A DNA stretch of 64,000 nt from Adineta vaga (Eukaryota > Animalia > Rotifera): NCBI GenBank assembly GCA_021613535.1, contig CP075493.1:12462001-12526000 (forward strand), read 5' to 3'. Below are positions 49,551 through 61,945 of this stretch, one piece after another. A program made the position numbers and the translations under genes. How positions within the stretch are numbered: position 1 is the stretch's first letter; every line of letters begins with the position of its first letter. The notes beneath the pieces were generated by a model. The model did not search any database, was not told where the DNA came from, and saw only the letters and a list, made by a program, of their open reading frames with translations.

Positions 49551-50489
49551 CTATTTGCACAAAACTGTATTTTTAATTTCATTTCGAAATGTTTTCGATA
49601 CAATTAAATTTGTATAAAAACTAATCGAAAATGGAATATAATAAATAAAAGAGCTTATACTTGTCAAAAATAAATCCACTTGACTTTCTACAGAGCTTTT
49701 GTTTTGAAATTGAGTGATTTGTTTGTAAATAGCAACGCTGACAGGAACCAAAGTAAAAATGATGTAAACACTGGCATTGATCAATACAATTCCAATTAGT
49801 TGACGATCTTTCGAACGTGTAGGATTGACAGCACTACCAATTGCTGTTGATACAGGAGCAACTGTTGCGTGACGTGTTGATCGAATATGTTTTATTGTAA
49901 ATACTTCACAAATCAGCATCACTATTGGTATTAAGATAGTTTTCACTAATGCATAGTAATTTGTAAATGCTAAATATATATTCGAATCGGAATAACATAC
50001 CAAATAGCTTGGGATGATCTCGATCACTTTGAAGAAGATTAATGTATGAGAGTGGATTAACATCCAAACTATTGTGCCACCAATAATGCATTTATAGGCA
50101 AGTTGATGAGTACTATGACGGCGTATACGTGCATCTCGTGAAGTGACTAACATTCGATCGATGGAGGCTAAAATCAGATAGAATGGACTGAGAATATCCA
50201 ATACATATCCTAGATAATAATCGATACGACAAAAACTGTCGTTGAATGTTGAAATATTGATGTTATAACCGTATGCTAACATTCCCTGAATATGTAACAG
50301 AGTGAGTTGACAAAGATTGGCAAAATTGTATGCAATAAAATAGAATGAACATGGATTTTTGCGAAGATTCTTCTTTGAAAAGATTATTAAACTGAGTATA
50401 CAACCTAGACATCCACCAACAATTAAAATTACACTGCCAATTTGATATACATATGTTTGTACTGATAGTAATGTTTGGATGTACTCCAT
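49551..50489 (-). CDS. Rhodopsin-class orphan GPCR (copy 2)
   Basis: Three amino-acid differences from copy 1. Confidence 0.9.
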   Translation of the reverse strand: MEYIQTLLSVQTYVYQIGSVILIVGGCLGCILSLIIFSKKNLRKNPCSFYFIAYNFANLCQLTLLHIQGMLAYGYNINISTFNDSFCRIDYYLGYVLDILSPFYLILASIDRMLVTSRDARIRRHSTHQLAYKCIIGGTIVWMLIHSHTLIFFKVIEIIPSYLVCYSDSNIYLAFTNYYALVKTILIPIVMLICEVFTIKHIRSTRHATVAPVSTAIGSAVNPTRSKDRQLIGIVLINASVYIIFTLVPVSVAIYKQITQFQNKSSVESQVDLFLTSISSFIYYIPFSISFYTNLIVSKTFRNEIKNTVLCK

Positions 50490-50997
50490 TTCGAAATGAA
50501 TGAGAAAATAAAAGTGCGTTCGACTGACTGAGAAACAATCTTTACTTGCTTGATAATACTCAATGTTTAAATAAGAACTTTCTTTCTTGAAAATATTTTT
50601 TAATCATTACTACCTGTTGTCAAATAAAAATGAATTAGTTTCCATGCAAGCTGGATTAAAATAGATTAAATGGGAAAAGAATTAGTTATCATAAATGTTG
50701 TCATTTACATTTACATATATAGCTGAATCATCAACTAAGATTTAATGTCGATGTTTCAAAATAAATTCTACTGACTTTCAATACGTGTGGATACGAATGA
50801 TACCTTAATTTTCGTTCATCTTTTATTAGTCAGATTATACTGCTATACATTAATATAAATTTGTGAGTTGGCTCAATTTGTCACAAAAGAGAAAATGCAT
50901 GATTTCGTCTAGTTTTAGGTTCTTCTGAAGTACGAGTGAACTATACGCACTTCCAAAGCCTGCAATATCATCTGAAAGACGTCTTATTTCTGAACAT

Positions 50998-51044
50998 AGG
51001 GTGTTTGTGTGTAAAAGATTGATTCACACCCACACCCTCAAGAT
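50998..51044. repeat. Telomeric-repeat mini inverted repeat
   Basis: AGGGTGTTTGTGTG-13 nt-CACACCCACACCCTCAAGAT. Confidence 0.8.
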
Positions 51045-51869
51045 TAATAATTGCTGCGCAATTTGTTTCTAATAGTAACTACGATTGAAATATTTTTCCG
51101 GAAAAAAAATTAGCTAATGGAAATGTTTTCCATCACTATTGTCTAATTTTTCCTCTTGTCATATTTGTTTGTTTAGTAACCTTTTTATGCATAATGACAG
51201 AGAAACAATTTAATTACGACGATGTATGATAGAAATAGGAAAATGTTATTTACTTCAAATACTCATTTCATCATTTCAGACACCTTTTAACGATGGTTAT
51301 AAGAATATCCGTATGATATTTCTATTTCTCTTTACTACAGAAACAATCGAAGAAGAAATTCGATGGATTAAAATGACTTTATTGATTGATTCGAAATTTC
51401 GATGTGCTGAAACAACTTGTTTAGCATATGAAAATATTTTAAACATCAAATATTCGTCAATGTCAAATAGCTTGTTTAAATCAAGATGTCTGTAAAGCAG
51501 TTACTTTTCATTCATTAACTTCAAACTGTCAATTATTTAATGATACGCAGTTAATCAAAATGGAAATTTAACATATGATATAAATACGGTAACAATGATT
51601 GCTATTCCTAGAACACGATATCTACCTGGTTAGTATTGATTTAAATAGATCCATATGATTTATATTGGAATTCTTCACTCTTAATATAGAATCGACTACA
51701 ACACCAACATTGTCAACAACGATAAGTCAGTTAATTTACTCTATCAGTAGATAAAATGTTTATTTTATTAAAATTTCAATTTAACAACGACATTTGTTTT
51801 AGTTAATCCTTGTAAGTACATTCATTGCCATCATTTTTATGTGTTTTTCTATTCTACATATATGTGAAG

Positions 51870-52541
51870 GTATTACTTATAACTTAATTGGAATGTTACT
51901 GCTATCCAAGTCGCAGGTACTGGAACATTAGGTCCTCCTTTGAACCAATTATCTTCGCCAACCGGAATATTTCTCAGTCAGAATGATATTTTATACGTTG
52001 CTGACTCGGGGCAATTATCGTGTGTTGAAATTTGTACCTAACAACACAACTGGCACTCTTATCGCTGGTGTGACAGGTTCTAGTGGAGCTGATTTAAATC
52101 AATTTTCTACGACTATACGTTATTTGTATGTTCCTGATACTTACAATAATCGTATTATGTATTGGGCAAATGGTTCATCTACTAGTATCCTCGTCGCTGA
52201 TAATGGAACATACGGAACGACACTGAATCAGATGGCTTATCCTTACGGTATATGGCCCGATTCAAATTCAAATATGCATATTGCAGAATATCAATATCAT
52301 CGTGTAACAAAATGGGCATCAAGTGCTCCATCAGGTATTCTTCTTGCCGGAACGGGAACATCAGGTAAAAATAAGTTCTATACACAAAAAAAAAGCATAT
52401 TTCAATTCATCAATATTGATTCTAATTCAAAGGAGCAACACCAGATAAATTAACAACTCCGGTTGGTCTGTACTACGATGAAAATAGGCAGACTTTGTAT
52501 GTTTCCAATTCTGGTAGTAGTGCTTATACAGTAATGAAATA
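51870..52541 (+). pseudogene. NHL-repeat gene remnant
   Basis: WNVTAIQVAGTG...NQLSSPTGI, frameshift near 52010, LYVPDTYNNRI and NQMAYPYGI. Confidence 0.7.
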
Positions 52542-54352
52542 AAATTATGAATTGCACCATTCAATTAAAATTAATCTACATTGACATTAATCATTCTCTT
52601 TCTCTCTCTCTCTCTCTCTTTCATTTTTTCTATTCACTTATCGGATATATAAATTTAAAAATGCATTTCATTTACTATTTCCTCTCGCTTCTTTTGAATT
52701 AATTGATATTAAGAAAGAAATATATGTAGTATATCTATCCAAAAAAGTGAAATTTATATTTTTTTCAATCATTTCTTCGTATTGATAAGATTTGTAGCGG
52801 ACTAGTTTTTGTATTTGAAACTCGCATCTTCAAATATTCAACTTATCTTGGATATCCCAGTCGTATAGAATAAAAATTCAAGAAGAATACTATGATTAAC
52901 TTCTTCTGTTTTGTTTTAAAATAGGAATTGTATCTAAAATGCAAAATCTAATTACGTTTAGTTTCTTTATCTTATCGTGCATCTTAAATATCATCAGAAA
53001 AACAAAAAAGACACACACATAGACATGTATGAATATCGAGGGAAAGGAAAATGTTGCATATCCATAGCTTTTTTTTATTTCTGACGATCTATTGTGTAAG
53101 TTCTATATTGAATTGTATCGATTACGTATGTTAATACAACTACCGTATCGTTATTAAATCTTAAAATAGCTGACAAATTTGATGAATATATTGTATTAAT
53201 CATCGGCATTAATGATAGTCAACATTTATTTAATAATCTTTCAATGATGATTAAACATGATCGTCTACAGTTATTTGATGATATCGAAACAAGTCTTAAA
53301 TCTATCATACCCATTCGATGCATGACATTGAATCCAAATCAAGTGATTGCTTAACTTCATAACGATATTAAAAAATTCAGCAGTCGGTGGTCCTTCGAAG
53401 CAAAATCATTTGAAAAAGCGACAACATTATCATTTCAATGGTATTATTTATTTCTATTAATTATCTATTATCAGTCAAAGTCAATAAGATCCTCTTTCGA
53501 TCAACAACTGAAGAATGCTACGAAATGGATAGCTTTGTTCGAAAAATATTTAGAACCGCTATGTATGCAAGACACGAAAGAAATCGTTAAACTTCTTGAA
53601 ACAGATGGGAAAATGTACGAAAATATAGCAGATATAGAATCAGCAAAGAAATGCTATGAAAAGCATCAGCGCTAAATGTCGATGACAAGTATAAGATGAA
53701 TAGAACAAGTAGAAAGATAGGGAAAACCTCCCAAAACCGAAGCAAACGATGACTAATGAGCATCGATCAATACCAGATCACAAGTATTGGACCAAACTTT
53801 TAAAGCTTGTTCTGATGATATATCTTCTATATGCCATTGCTTAGGACTGACATGATGCGACTGATTGTAAGATTACTCTTCGCTTACCATTTGAAGAGAA
53901 TGAAGATTTTTCGTTCAATTATTATCGACTCAAGTTTTTTTAGTTGTGAGCAAACATATAATATCGAGGGGAACATCAACAACGAATGGAACTAACGATT
54001 GTGTTCTCCCTCAAATCGATCGTTTACTGAACAAACTCAGTGTGCTAATTCCTATATGAACAATTTATATATATCATTCATCAACGTAATCAAGGCAAGA
54101 TTCAAGAGTTTTTTCTTCTGTTAATCAAAAAATAGATATTAACCAGACCTTTAAAGAATAACAAATAATAAAGGAGAGAGGAAGAAAGGAACTCTTTCTT
54201 TTTATGTTCTATATCGACAATTAATAATTTATTCTTTTCTATCTGCTCTTTGTTCTTCCTTCTATCAAACTGAAAACAAAAAAGAATCAAGGGTGTTTTA
54301 ACAATCAGTCTGTAAAAACACACAGATTTCTACCACTTTCTTCATTTTAATC

Positions 54353-54961
54353 ATGGTCGAACATATTGATCGTGCTCGATTAGATACCGATCTTCGATAT
54401 CGCTTTGATTATCTATCTAAATTTATCAATTTTACGTCTAATGATATAACAGCATTGAATACATTCGCGAAAATTGCCAATCCATTCATTCAATCTGTCG
54501 CTGAAATCATCTATGACAAGTTATTACATTTCGACATCACAAAAAATCATTTTCTTCGTACAACTCATGATTTTCAAGGTACAATGACAACTGATGAAAA
54601 TCAACTCACACTACAATCAGAACAAATTCTCTTTCGTATTCATAGTATTCGCAAGTATCTCTGTCGAATCTTACGACAATCGACATGGAATGATGCATTT
54701 CTTGAATATATATCTAATGTGGGTAAAATTCATACGAATTCAGCAGGAACACATTCGATTGATGTTGATTATATTCATATGAATGCATTGTTTGGATATC
54801 TTGAACATGTGTTTATCGATGGTGTTTTGAATAATGATGAAATTGATGGAACATTGAAGAAAGATATCATAATTGCATTGAACAAAGTATTCTGGATTCA
54901 AAATGATTTCTTTTCAATGCATTATATAGGTGGATCAAAGAAAGAAAATAATGCCAAATAG
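54353..54961 (+). CDS. Protoglobin/sensor-type single-domain globin (copy 1)
   Basis: RFDYLSKFINFTSNDITAL, IYDKLL.FDITK..F, YISNVGKIH (proximal His), VDYIHMNALFGY and ALNKVFWIQND. Confidence 0.85.
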   Translation: MVEHIDRARLDTDLRYRFDYLSKFINFTSNDITALNTFAKIANPFIQSVAEIIYDKLLHFDITKNHFLRTTHDFQGTMTTDENQLTLQSEQILFRIHSIRKYLCRILRQSTWNDAFLEYISNVGKIHTNSAGTHSIDVDYIHMNALFGYLEHVFIDGVLNNDEIDGTLKKDIIIALNKVFWIQNDFFSMHYIGGSKKENNAK

Positions 54962-55394
54962 ATTAAACATTTTCATCAATTAATTGAATCCATATTGTAT
55001 TACCTGTGCTTTATGTTATTTTTTCATGCATTACAAATTTTAAATAAACTTTATTTTCATTGACGCATATTTTTACCTAGATGAATAATAATATGAATAA
55101 CCTACTCGCCCTCATTATTTTATATAGGAATATTTTCATATTCATAAAAGCGACAGAACTCAATATTTGCATACAAAGATTTCGAGTTCTTTTTTTTATT
55201 GGTCCACACGCACTTCAATGGCATTAAGTTGTTGTTTGGACTAATATTGTCATTAGAGAAACAAAATACTTACAGAACAGAACGAAAAAAATAAAAGCAG
55301 AAATTAATACATGAATAATTCTGTATAAAAGGCAATGAGAAGTATCGATACGACATTCAAACTCCATTTTTTTCTCTCGAGTACTTACAACATA

Positions 55395-55866
55395 ATGCAT
55401 ATCACATTTGCAGGTAATTTCTCTTGTAAAAATATCTTGTCACACATTTATTGTGTTTTCATTTAGTTTTCTTTCTACTAATTGCTCATGCTATTAGTTA
55501 TCCATCTTTACGTAATATTGCGTCAGATGATGACGAAAGTAATGAAGGTTTACAATTAGAACTTCGCTCAATTTTAAAACATCTCGCCAATGAACAAATC
55601 GAACGATCTATTACATCAGGTGAGACGATCAACTTTTATCGATCATGTTCTCGTGGTTCATAGAATAGAATATTTTAGATGAAGATAGTTCTGATGACTA
55701 TGAAAAACGACAAGGTGGTTACAATATAATTAAAGCAGATCTTAAATGTGAAATTGAGTGCGTTGGAAACTTACGAAATCCAGAAACAGGAAATGGATTA
55801 TCAATAAAAAAAGCAACTGAAGCTTGCAAAAATATCTGTGCACAAGCATACAAAAAAACGAACTAA
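55395..55866 (+). CDS. Secreted prepropeptide, 119 aa, with CX3C...CX3C mature peptide
   Basis: Exons 55395-55413, 55467-55619 and 55679-55866 join in frame. Signal peptide, acidic pro-region and KR site are present, with TATAAAA at 55324. Confidence 0.8.
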
Positions 55867-56442
55867 TTACAACATGATGATAACAGACATTTTCTATTAT
55901 TAATAAAATACCTTTTCATACATACATATATATCAGTTTTTTTTATTATATCATTTATATCTATATCTATATATATATATAAATCTTGACATTTGTGATG
56001 TAAAAAGGTTAATAAATTATAATATACAAGTGACTGGGAGTTGAGGATGTAATAGTTTTTTGTTGTGTCACACTTACACCATTATCTATCCTCCCTTATT
56101 CTTAAGATTTAGTCGTTTTGTCGCATGATACGACCCAGTAATTAAATATAAATAGATGGAGAAACATCGAAACACTGAAAGTCTCATTACCATCTTGAGA
56201 GTATGCATTTCAGTGGTATAATAAATGTGAAGATAAACATATGTACCGTCGGGATAAAAGTGATGAATGAGTTTAACACGCTTACTCTCACTTCAACTTA
56301 ATCCATTCTTTTTTATGTGTTTAAGTTTTAAGCTGATTTATGTGCATTGATGTGTATCATCCTTTTTCTATGCATATATAAACACATGTGTTATACACTT
56401 ATTCGCATATGATTATCGAGTAAAAACAAGTGTACACAGAGT

Positions 56443-57354
56443 ATGTCTCGCACTGTGTTAATAACTGGTGCTGCACAAGGAATTGGTCGTGCAATTGCTA
56501 TTCGTTTAGCCAAAGATGGTTTTAATATCGCTGTTAATGATATTCAAACAAATTCTTCTAAACTTACACAAGTTCAAAAACAAGTCGAACATCTTGGTCG
56601 ACGATCATTAGCTGTCATTGGTGATGTATCGCAAGATAAAGATGTAGAAAGAATGATGAAAACTACTCAAGAAAAATTTGGTAGTCTTAACGTAGGAATT
56701 ATATCAATAGTATTTTACGATCTGTTTTCTTTCGATTATATATTTTCTAGGTTGTTATAGCTAATGCGGGAATCTGTCAAGTAAAACCATTTATAGACAT
56801 AACAACTGAAGACTGGGATCGAATGTTTGCAATTAATATGCGAGGTGTTTTTCTTTGTTATCGAGAAGCAGCTAAAATTATGATTGAACAAAAACAAGGT
56901 GGAAAAATTATTGGTGCTTGTAGTTCTGCTGGTTATGTTCCGTTTCCAATGTTAAGTCATTATTCAACAACAAAATGGGGTATACGTGGTTTAACACAAG
57001 CTGCTGCTTTAGAATTAGCAAAATATAATATAACAGTTAATGCATATTGTCCAGGTTAACTTACTTCGTTTTTTTTTCTTCTTGAAAAGATAACAATATC
57101 GAATTGCTTCTTTTATTTTCATAATAGGAATAACTGAAACTGCCATGTGGAATATGATCGATGAACAAGTTGGAAAATCTCAAGGAATTAAAAAAAGAGA
57201 ATTTACAAATAATCTTATCAAGAGTTATGTTGCACTTGATCGTACGGGAAAACCAGAAGATATTGCAAATTTTGTATCATTCCTAGCTAGTACAAATTCG
57301 GATTATATGACTGGACAAAATGTTTTAATCAATGGTGGAGCTGTACTTTCATAA
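56443..57354 (+). CDS. SDR, acetoin/diacetyl (2,3-butanediol dehydrogenase-like) reductase, 3 exons
   Basis: [25 protein letters not shown] and NAYCPG; introns at about 56692-56750 and 57056-57127. Confidence 0.85.
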
Positions 57355-57672
57355 ATTCTGTTTGTGTTCTGTTCTGCTAAGATTAAATAAATCAAAATGA
57401 ATGCATCGGACTTATAAAAAAGAAGAGAGAACATGGTTATGGCATTGAAATCATTCTTTCTCAGGAGTCAAATTTCTAAATGTTATATGAGAATAAGATA
57501 AGAATAGAGAAAATTGTTTCTCTTTACATTCTATATTGATAATTAAATTATAGTTCTCTTTTCTTTCTCTTATTCTAATCAAAATGAGAACAGAAGAAAG
57601 AAAACAAACTGATGTATCGAATGATAAATATTTATAATAGTACAGTTTCTTGCCGTTTTTTCTTTTACAATC

Positions 57673-58290
57673 ATGGTTGAACATATTGATCGTGCTCGAT
57701 TAGATACCGATCTTCGATATCGCTTTGATTATCTATCTAAATTTATCAATTTTACATCTAATGATATCACAGCATTGAATACATTCGCGAAAATTGCCAA
57801 TCCATTTATTCAATCTGTCGCTGAAATCATCTATGACAAGTTATTACATTTCGACATCACAAAAAATCATTTTCTTCGTACAACTCATGATTTTCAAGGT
57901 ACAATGACAACTGATGAAAATCAACTCACACTACAATCAGAACAAATTCTCTTTCGTATTCATAGTATTCGCAAGTATCTCTGTCGAATCTTACGACAAT
58001 CGACATGGAATGATGCATTTCTTGAATATATATCTAATGTGGGTAAAATTCATACGAATTCAGCAGGAACACATTCGATTGATGTTGATTATATTCATAT
58101 GAATGCATTGTTTGGATATCTTGAACATGTGTTTATCGATGGTGTTTTGAATAATGATGAAATTGATGGAACATTGAAGAAAGATATCATAATTGCATTG
58201 AACAAAGTATTCTGGATTCAAAATGATTTCTTTTCAATGCATTATATAGGTGGATCAAAGAAGGGAGCTGACAACAAGAAAACCAAGTAA
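57673..58290 (+). CDS. Protoglobin/sensor-type globin (copy 2)
   Basis: Protein identical to copy 1 except for the last few residues. Confidence 0.85.
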   Translation: MVEHIDRARLDTDLRYRFDYLSKFINFTSNDITALNTFAKIANPFIQSVAEIIYDKLLHFDITKNHFLRTTHDFQGTMTTDENQLTLQSEQILFRIHSIRKYLCRILRQSTWNDAFLEYISNVGKIHTNSAGTHSIDVDYIHMNALFGYLEHVFIDGVLNNDEIDGTLKKDIIIALNKVFWIQNDFFSMHYIGGSKKGADNKKTK

Positions 58291-59111
58291 TTTAAAGACT
58301 TTTCATCTAAATATTATATTTTAGAAATAAAATAGAAACACTCATTCTAATTTAATAGTATTCATTCGTGAATAATAGAACATAAGACTTATTTTGCCTC
58401 GAAAGTATCTGCATCTGTTAAATCCAATGATTCATCGTGCCATACTGCTGTTAAAATGTCATTTGTTAGATTGTTAATATCAATAATCTGAAAATGTGCA
58501 AGAATCACACTTTTTTCTATCTAAAACGTGATTTGTCAATCCTTCATTGTACATAATATATTCTGTCATACCAATTAGCTTCTTTAGAGAAAAAAAAATG
58601 TGCATATATACATCGCTTTCTTCTGGTCGTGTACGAAAGTGCAAACAATGTCGAAGCCATGTTCTACTATGATATTTGATACTGATCCAAAATGAAACAA
58701 GTTCACATAACAAAGAAATTATAGTCGTAATCTCTAGATAAGAACTCAATTGCTATCTGCAAATCATTTTATTCAGCTTGAGCTTATATGCCTATAGAAT
58801 GTTATTGAAGATATTCTATGGGCATTTACTTATTAAATAAGCTAATGAATTTTCCAGTTTGTCAGATTTAAAGCTTATAAATCTTTGTATTTATTTTAAT
58901 ATATATTACAGAAACATCGATATGGAGAGATACCGATTATAGAGGCACGTCTCATGTGAATACTGAACGTGATCATCAGAAAAAACATACTTTGAAATTT
59001 GATCTTCTGTAGACGTATAAAGATTTCATATAAAAAACATTAGAATCATAGTGAGTTTTATATCTTTTGAAAAACAATATTGCAAGTCATTTAGCTTGCT
59101 GCTCAGATCCC

Positions 59112-60276
59112 ATGAAGGTCTGGTTTGTCTTTGCTGTTTTTAGTCTTTTTCCATCGATTAATGGTCTCGCATGTATAAATCACACTGATGATGTAGTGAT
59201 ACAATTGCACAGTTTTCATATACGTTACTTGAAAACTCAACTTGAAGGACTTTCTGTTAGTCATGGTGAAAGTGTATGTCGTGCAATAATTGTTATTAGT
59301 TATAGCGCTCAATTAATGAACGTAAGATTTACAAAACATCTGGCACTGAAAAATACGAACTTGCCCAATAACAATTATCAATTCTCAAACACTATAACAA
59401 CTGACGAGCATGGACAATATGGGCATGTTAGTGCGCTTGAATATGCTTGTTCAGACTATGATCGTTGTGAACAACAATTTGTACTCGATTATGTTGATTG
59501 GTTAATCACAATAAATCGGTCTGAATTTTGGCAAAATACGACTCCATTATTGATCGGTCAGAATCAGTCACCAGGTAAGTGCCATACTTCTCAAGATAAA
59601 ACTAGGAAATGCTCTGTTTTGATATTTGATATTTGTCATTCTCTATTGATATGTTGTTTGACTAATTATAGGAGAATGTTTTTTTGGATATAACGTGAGT
59701 AAATCATGTCCGGCAAATACTAACTGCGTGGCACAATGGACGCTTTTGAGCGAACAAGTGAAAGTTGATTGCAGTGATTATAAAAATACCTTCAGTACTA
59801 TTGTCAGAGTCAACATGGTGGATTACACAGCACAATATGGGAATACGCTGTTATGCAACTACCATATGTGCAATCATCCTAATGTTCTATTCCAATTAGA
59901 ATCACATTTACATCAGTATTATAATCTTAAATTTTTCAAGATATTGTCCAACATAAGTAAATCAGTCGGAACAACACAGATTACATCGATATTTCCTGAG
60001 TTGAATTATTCTAAAGATTTACAACAGACAACTATAACAAAATCATCATCAAGTACTATTAGTTCATCAAAAACTAGTTCTAAAACAACGACTCCCATTT
60101 CTTCTTCGGCAACGTCACCATCTGTAACCAGTGCGAGCAGTGTAGCTATCAATTCCTCAAATACTCATCCCCCTGTAAGTCGTGGCTGTTCGTACCAATC
60201 AAAACAGACAACAGCATTCATCGCTTACGGTATAATGATATTCGTTGCAGCTAATTATCGATTTGATTTCAATTGA
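59112..60276 (+). CDS. Secreted or GPI-anchored Cys-rich protein with Ser/Thr stalk
   Basis: Signal MKVWFVFAVFSLFPSING, LAC, YACSDYDRC, CNYHMCN, S/T-rich tract and hydrophobic tail; intron about 59575-59671. Confidence 0.7.
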
Positions 60277-61006
60277 ATAGGAAGTGAAAACTTTGTCGTT
60301 TTGCTTTTGTCATGCAAGATAGCTTCTGCTTCAAAGTTGAAAGACATTAATTGTGGCACCTCTGCTCTTTTGTACAGTTAATAATTGTCTTGTTATCAAT
60401 AAATTTTTGAGCTGCTTCACAATAACGAAAAATAGATTATTAAACTATAGCAAGAGGCCGTATTTTCATTCATTCTTGCACGTCATCTGAAGTAAAGTGT
60501 ATACATTAATTAGATTGTGGTTAAAAAAGAATCTATTCACTTTTGATTCTTCTTCAAAACAGCCATGAACAACATGCTATTGAGATAATCTTGCTCGATT
60601 TACGACTGTTTTTGTATGATTTTTTTATTGAATTGACTAAAAGAAGTATGATTAAATTAAACCAAGTCAAAAGCCTATGTTATCATGTATAAAATTAGAA
60701 TTTTATTAATAGAATATACTTGGAAAATGAATCATCATCCGTAATTCCGCTTCGTCGTACTTTCATTGTACTTTAAAGAAGTACGTAACCCTCTCTGTTT
60801 CTTCCTTGCTGGAAATTTCATCTGTTTTCGAAAGATGACAGACAACAAGAAATTAATTATTTTTGTGTGTTTGACAACAGATAATGATGAATAAAATTCA
60901 TTCGAAACAAAGACGTTTCTTTCTATTTTACATCAAATATTCTCAACTAAGTAAAGATTGTGTCTCAGTCAGTCGAACGCATTTCTATTTTCTCATTCAT
61001 TTCGAA

Positions 61007-61945
61007 ATGGAGTACATCCAAACATTACTATCAGTACAAACATATGTATATCAAATTGGCAGTGTAATTTTAATTGTTGGTGGAGGTTTAGGTTGTATAC
61101 TCAGTTTAATGATCTTTTCAAAGAAGAATCTTCGCAAAAATCCATGTTCATTCTATTTTATTGCATACAATGTTGCCAATCTTTGTCAACTCACTCTGTT
61201 ACATATGCAAGGAATGTTAGCGTACGGTTATAACATCAGTATTTCAACATTCAACGACAGTTTCTGTCGTATCGATTATTATCTAGGATATGTATTGGAT
61301 ATTCTCAGTCCATTCTATCTGATTTTAGCATCCATCGATCGAATGTTAGTCACTTCACGAGACGCACGTATACGTCGACGCAGTAATCATCGTCTTGCCT
61401 ATAAATGCATTATTGGTGGCACAATAGTTTGGATGTTAATCCACTCTCATACGTTAATCTTCTTCAAAGTGATCGAGATAATCCCAAGCTATTTGGTTTG
61501 TTATTCCGATTTGGATATATATTTAGCATTCATAAATTACTATGCATTAGTGAAAACTATCTTAATACCAATAGTGATGCTGATTTGTGAAGTATTTACA
61601 ATAAAACATATTCGATCAACCCGTCACGCAACAGTTGCTCCTGTATCAACAGCAATTGGTAGTGTTGTCAATCCTACACGTTCGAAAGATCGTCAACTAA
61701 TTGGAATTGTATTGATCAATGCCAGTGTTTACATCATTTTTACTTTGGTTCCTGTCAGCGTTGCTATCTACAAACAAATCACTCAGTATCAAAACAAAAG
61801 TTTCGTAGAAAGTCAAGTGGATTTATTTTTGACAAGTATAAGCTCTTTTATTTATTATATTCCATTTTCGATTAGTTTTTATACAAATTTAATTGTATCG
61901 AAAACCTTTCGAAATGAAATTAAAAATACAGTTTTGTGCAAATAG
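61007..61945 (+). CDS. Rhodopsin-class orphan GPCR (copy 3, inverted)
   Basis: Close paralog of copies 1 and 2, same length (312 aa from ATG 61007). Confidence 0.9.
   Translation: MEYIQTLLSVQTYVYQIGSVILIVGGGLGCILSLMIFSKKNLRKNPCSFYFIAYNVANLCQLTLLHMQGMLAYGYNISISTFNDSFCRIDYYLGYVLDILSPFYLILASIDRMLVTSRDARIRRRSNHRLAYKCIIGGTIVWMLIHSHTLIFFKVIEIIPSYLVCYSDLDIYLAFINYYALVKTILIPIVMLICEVFTIKHIRSTRHATVAPVSTAIGSVVNPTRSKDRQLIGIVLINASVYIIFTLVPVSVAIYKQITQYQNKSFVESQVDLFLTSISSFIYYIPFSISFYTNLIVSKTFRNEIKNTVLCK

Larger units (their letters stand above)
45178..50895. repeat. Direct segmental duplication of about 1.55 kb (45178-46727 and 49331-50895)
   Basis: Near-identical copies including the GPCR and both flanks. 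The length difference is 4 vs 7 AAAAG units. Confidence 0.95.

Noticed and set aside
7101-51044. CRISPR-like repeat-spacer system
   Set aside because: The repeats are inverted and dispersed, not a tandem direct array; there are no cas genes and the context is eukaryotic.
53180-53675. Possible TPR gene remnant (GKMYENIADIESAKKCYEK)
   Set aside because: A single motif among stops is too little to support a call.
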